Shown here: positions 59,718 to 64,000 of the stretch, piece by piece
Position numbering within the stretch: position 1 is the stretch's first letter
How the letters are laid out: every line of letters begins with the position of its first letter
From: the human T2T-CHM13v2.0 reference genome, Homo sapiens
Assembly (NCBI RefSeq): GCF_009914755.1
Contig: NC_060946.1
Strand: one strand, 5' to 3'
DNA: 64,000 nt
Notes under the pieces: model-generated
What the model saw: only the letters and a program-made list of their open reading frames with translations
Told to the model about the DNA's origin: nothing
Database searches by the model: none
Program-made: the position numbers and the translations under genes

Positions 59718-61379
59718 TTTTTTCCCACGTATATTTTTTGTTGTTTTTTTTTTTTTTTCTGTTATATGTCCTGGTTCTTCCATAACTTATAAACTTGATT
59801 TATACCGAGGAGGTGGGAAAGTGGGCGGGGCAGGGTGGACTGACCCGGGATGGGGAAGCTCCTCTCGCTGCCCCCTCGGGGCGGGCCTAGGCCCTTTGGA
59901 GGATGGGGACGCCAGGACACTCCTCCCTGAGGTTGTCTGGCCGCCTCTGCCCCTAGTGCTCAGAATCCTGCGTGCCCCTCAATTCCGGAATCCCTCCTGG
60001 GACCCCATGCCCACTGGGCACACTGCCCCTGGTACTCAGAATCCCGAAGCACCATTCGGTTCCAGAATCCCCTCCTCAGCTGCTGGGGTGGCGGGGTCCC
60101 TCCTTTCCGATGTCCCCCCCAACCCCTGAGGGGGGAGGGAAGGGAGGGGGGTCAGGTCTCCCCTCTGTGGCAGGGGGAGGTGGAGGCAGAGGTGGAATCG
60201 GAAGGGCGTGGAAGGCGGGGGCCAGGAGGGCTCAGCCGATGGTGAGTCCAAAGCCACACTGGAACTTGTTCTTGCGGTGATTCAGGAAGGCCCCAAGGGC
60301 CAGCGTCAGGGGCAGGAGCTGGAGCTTCTTCTCCAGCGTGGCACCCACGATCCAGTTGCTATCCACAGAGCCTTTGAAGAGGAGGTTGGCCTTGGGCAGG
60401 TCCAGCTGGTACCCGAAGGAGACGCTGGTATCCTGCATCCTTGTGCTGGCCTGAAAATCCACACCCACCTGCAACTGGTCACTGGCTTTGTGGTAGTATG
60501 TTGCGTGCATGCCCGCCTGGCTCAACGTTAACGTTGCCAACCAGTTGTTCAATGTGTATTTCCCAGCTAGAGACATGACAGTGCCCTCGTCCCCAGGCCG
60601 CCGGTTGTAGACCAGCTCTCTGCCCAGGGCCAGGCAAGGCCTGATGCTCTGGAGGTAGTGGGCTTCGAGAATTCTTGAACCCACGAGGACGTCTGGGTTC
60701 CCCAGGGTGACGGCTGCTGTGAGTCAGAGCCCCGATACTCCCCGTCCACCTGCCAGTTCACAAACTTCGACTGCTGGGTCTGGATGGCCATCTTGGACCT
60801 GAGACCGGGGCCCAGCTGGTGAATGACCTGAGCGTGGAGACTGCCGCTGTTGTCCATGTCACCTACCAGTACAGGGAACGCCTCTGTGGGACTCAGCTGC
60901 TTTGTCCCCACATACGTGACCCCGAAGTGGTAGTTGGACTCCCCGATTGCGCTGAGGGCTACTGTGTGGTTCACCTGGAAACGGTTACTCAACCCTTTGT
61001 TGACTGTGAGCTTGACACCCTCCATCTGAATGGGAAACAGCTCCTTACACCTCCGGTGGCACTCCTGGAATGTGCCCGGGTTGGGCAGGCAGCCGCAGGC
61101 CCCATCCTCGGCGGCCCCTGAGGCGCTGGCGGTTGCAGCCCCGGGGGTCCGTTCCGAACCTCGACTCCTAGGGGTGCCGGCGCCCAGGCCGCCTCTCAGC
61201 GGCGGCAGCGTGAAGCCCGGCGGCGAGGGCGGAGGTGGCGGCCCTGCGGGCGGCGAGCTGGCGGCCAACATGTTCCCCATGGTCGCTGGCGGTGGCGCCT
61301 GCTCCCGGCCTGGTCTCCGCTCCCACCCGGTGCGCCACGCGCAACCGAACTCGCTGCCGCCGCCGCCACCCCCGTCGCC
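59718..61379 (-). pseudogene. TOMM40P1/TOMM40P2: TOMM40 processed pseudogene (CDS remnant 61280-60232)
   Basis: Intronless [17 protein letters not shown]...[11 protein letters not shown], one frameshift near 60722, UTRs present, poly-T at the left end, TSD agcatggtgtatctttt at 59701-59717 and 61380-61396. Confidence 0.97.
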
Positions 61380-64000
61380 AGCATGGTGTATCTTTTGGAC
61401 ATGTCCATTTTGGAAGAAACTTTTGTGTTAAAATAAACTAATATATTATGGGCTAGAACATAAAATTCACCAAGAATTTCAAGATAAAAATACTAATGTT
61501 TTGCTTGTTTGGGTTATTTCAAACAATAACTTTGAAATCTATAATTTTTTCACCACCGACCCTCTACCTCCTTGCATGCTCATTCTCCTGTGTGGCTAGA
61601 TGCATTTCGGAAAAGTGTTTTGAATATTATTTCAGAGCAAGTATCATTCCAGAAAATAAGTTTAAAGTTTGAAATGTTTATTTTTTGTAACCCATGAATC
61701 TTCAGCTTAAGTATCTTCTGACATAAAAGCATTTTCATAATTATAAAAGTGCTGATATTACTCTCCACAGTATTATATCTGATCCTGCAAAGTAGTTCAG
61801 ATACCAGAGAATACTCTTAAACATTTTGACTCACGCATTTAATTATGTTTAAAATTTATGTAACAAGACATTAAATGAGAAAGAATGGAATGAAAAATGG
61901 GTTAAAAGAATGCAAAATCGCAAAAAGAATGCTTTGAATTTAAATATTTCCCAAAATTTGATTTTCTGAGAAAATATATTAAAAATCATACGTAATTACC
62001 TTCAGGGTGGCAAGTATCTTTTTTTATAATGACTTAGCACCCCTGTATTGGGGACCGATGGCTAACTTGGTGAAAAATGAGATTCACACATCTGTTTCTT
62101 AAAATATCTTTTTAATACAGATATATTAATAGTAGCATTTCTATAAATTCTAGAGTTACTTAATAGGAATTTATTAATATAGACTTATGTGTACACATGT
62201 TTTATAGAACATCATATGATCCTTCAATTCTTATATCTGAGTTTAAGCTCTTAATTTTTTTTTTTTTTTGGAAATTGCCTGCTACTCTATGGAGTGCAGT
62301 TTAGAGAATGAGCCAAAATTACATGCATAGTAGTTTACTAGTACATAATTCATCAACACTGAAATGTAAAAGTGACAGTGAGGGTGATCGTACCATAGAA
62401 GTTCATATTTTGACATTGCCATTATATAAAGCTTCTTCATTCTCCTATCTTTTTCTCAGTAATAATATTAATAACACAAAATTTTTCACTTTTTGTAATT
62501 TCTAGTATTTCCTTTCAAAAGAGCTTGATGATGGAAGGATATGAGAAAAGAGAATAAATGTCAGAAAAATACCTCTGTCTTGCTTTTTAACAGAGAAATT
62601 AAACTTTAAATATTATACTAAGGAAGAACCAGTAGCCACCAAAACACTTCTAACTGTTCACATCTGAATGTATTGTAGTATGTTAAGTTCAATGGGGTAC
62701 TTTTTGTTTAATAATGTAGTAAAAGTGTCACTAGAAGGTGGCTAAATTAAACATTTATAGCAAATTGATAAGAAAAGCTATCTTGTTTGATAATAAAATG
62801 CTAGTTATATTGTATGATAATAAAACTGCCTGAAATAGTTGCTTACACACTAAAATCTGAAAGGTTAGTATAGGGTTTAACTCATTTGAAATAATGTGTA
62901 TGTGTGCATGCATGTGTATGTGTGTGTATGTGTACTTTTTTTCATGGCAAGCACTTAGAATTCTTTGACTACTTTGAAATTATTTATTGGCCACCTACAG
63001 AGTATTTTCTATATCTTCAGCCATTATGTTTGGAGTAGATTACATTCCTTATTCTTGAAGAACTCTGATGGCTAGACATGCAAATACAGCTTGTTTTATA
63101 ACTGATACTGTAGATTTAGGTACTCAAAACTATGGGGACACAATTGAAAAGAGAAACCAAGCTAAGTTGAAGTCCAGAAAAGCTTCGCAGATGAGGAACA
63201 TATTAGTCTGCTATTAAAGAATAATCGAGATTTTGTCGGAAGGAAGAATGATTTGGATAGAAGCAACGTGATGTATAGGAAGAGGAACTGTAAAAGAACA
63301 AGTGCAACAGCTGGTATATTTAGATGTACTTTGGAATGTGGGGTTGGGTACTAGAGGAGGATAAAATCGAAAGGGTTTGTTGGAGCCATAGCATGTGGGA
63401 AGTCTTGTATAACCTGAAGAAATTACAATTTTATTCTGAATGCAGAAGATTTTTGACATGGAAGGTCCATGTTGTATTTGAGAAAGGCCATTATCAGCAA
63501 CGTGAAGGATCTTTTTGGGGAACAGATTAATTTTAAAGTCATAATGGGTAATTATCTTTTATGTAGAATTTGAATAAAGTCTAGGAAAATAAATAAATCC
63601 ATTCGGATGTTTCTTGAAGTCAGGTGAAATAATCAGCTACTTTCTCATTTATTCCTTAGAATGGCTACATTTTATTTGATTGCTATTTTCAAAGGAGTCC
63701 TACATTATTCCTTTTCTGCTTATGAATGGACCTAAATCCTTTTTGGTTATAAATATCAGTGGTTATGTTTCTGAGTAATAAATGTCATGCTTTGCCTTTC
63801 TTGGTTTCAATGTTGTTAACATTATGAACATTATCTCTTAATGCTTGCATTTCTTCAATATTGATTCCATTAACATTCTCTAGCTCAGTCATTTTTGGCT
63901 TTAAGGATTCAATCTCCTTTAACCTAATGGATTGCTACTGAAAACCACTAGAATGAGTTGATCAACTTAACAATGTGTTGATCTGTAAGGATTGAAACCT

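Noticed and set aside
59704-61441. Plus-strand ORFs over the TOMM40 retrocopy
   Set aside because: Antisense shadows of a GC-rich coding sequence.

Overview
Human (primate) genomic DNA, very rich in Alu, L1, LTR and DNA-transposon relics, with no intact protein-coding gene. It is a mosaic of gene fragments: two BMS1 exons (- strand), a ~2.3-kb CpG island, a DUXA retrocopy, NBEA exon 2 with intronic flanks, a HERV-K LTR5 solo LTR and a TOMM40 retrocopy. From recall, this combination matches the pericentromeric duplication block at 22q11.1/14q11.2 (DUXAP8/9/10, BMS1P, TOMM40P, NBEAP); I cannot tell which paralogue this is. The main finding is at ~807-3821 (+). Manual translation across frameshifts and stops reveals the decayed C-terminal half of an animal type I polyketide synthase, with domains in the order ER-like, ketoreductase, ACP, stop, and no thioesterase. 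It resembles the bird/fish PKS family (MuPKS/pks1 type) rather than FASN. An antisense L1 splits its KR, the catalytic Tyr codon is now TAG, and a GAGCTC-rich 33-bp minisatellite abuts its 5' side. Repeat boundaries are approximate and family names are from recognition by eye.
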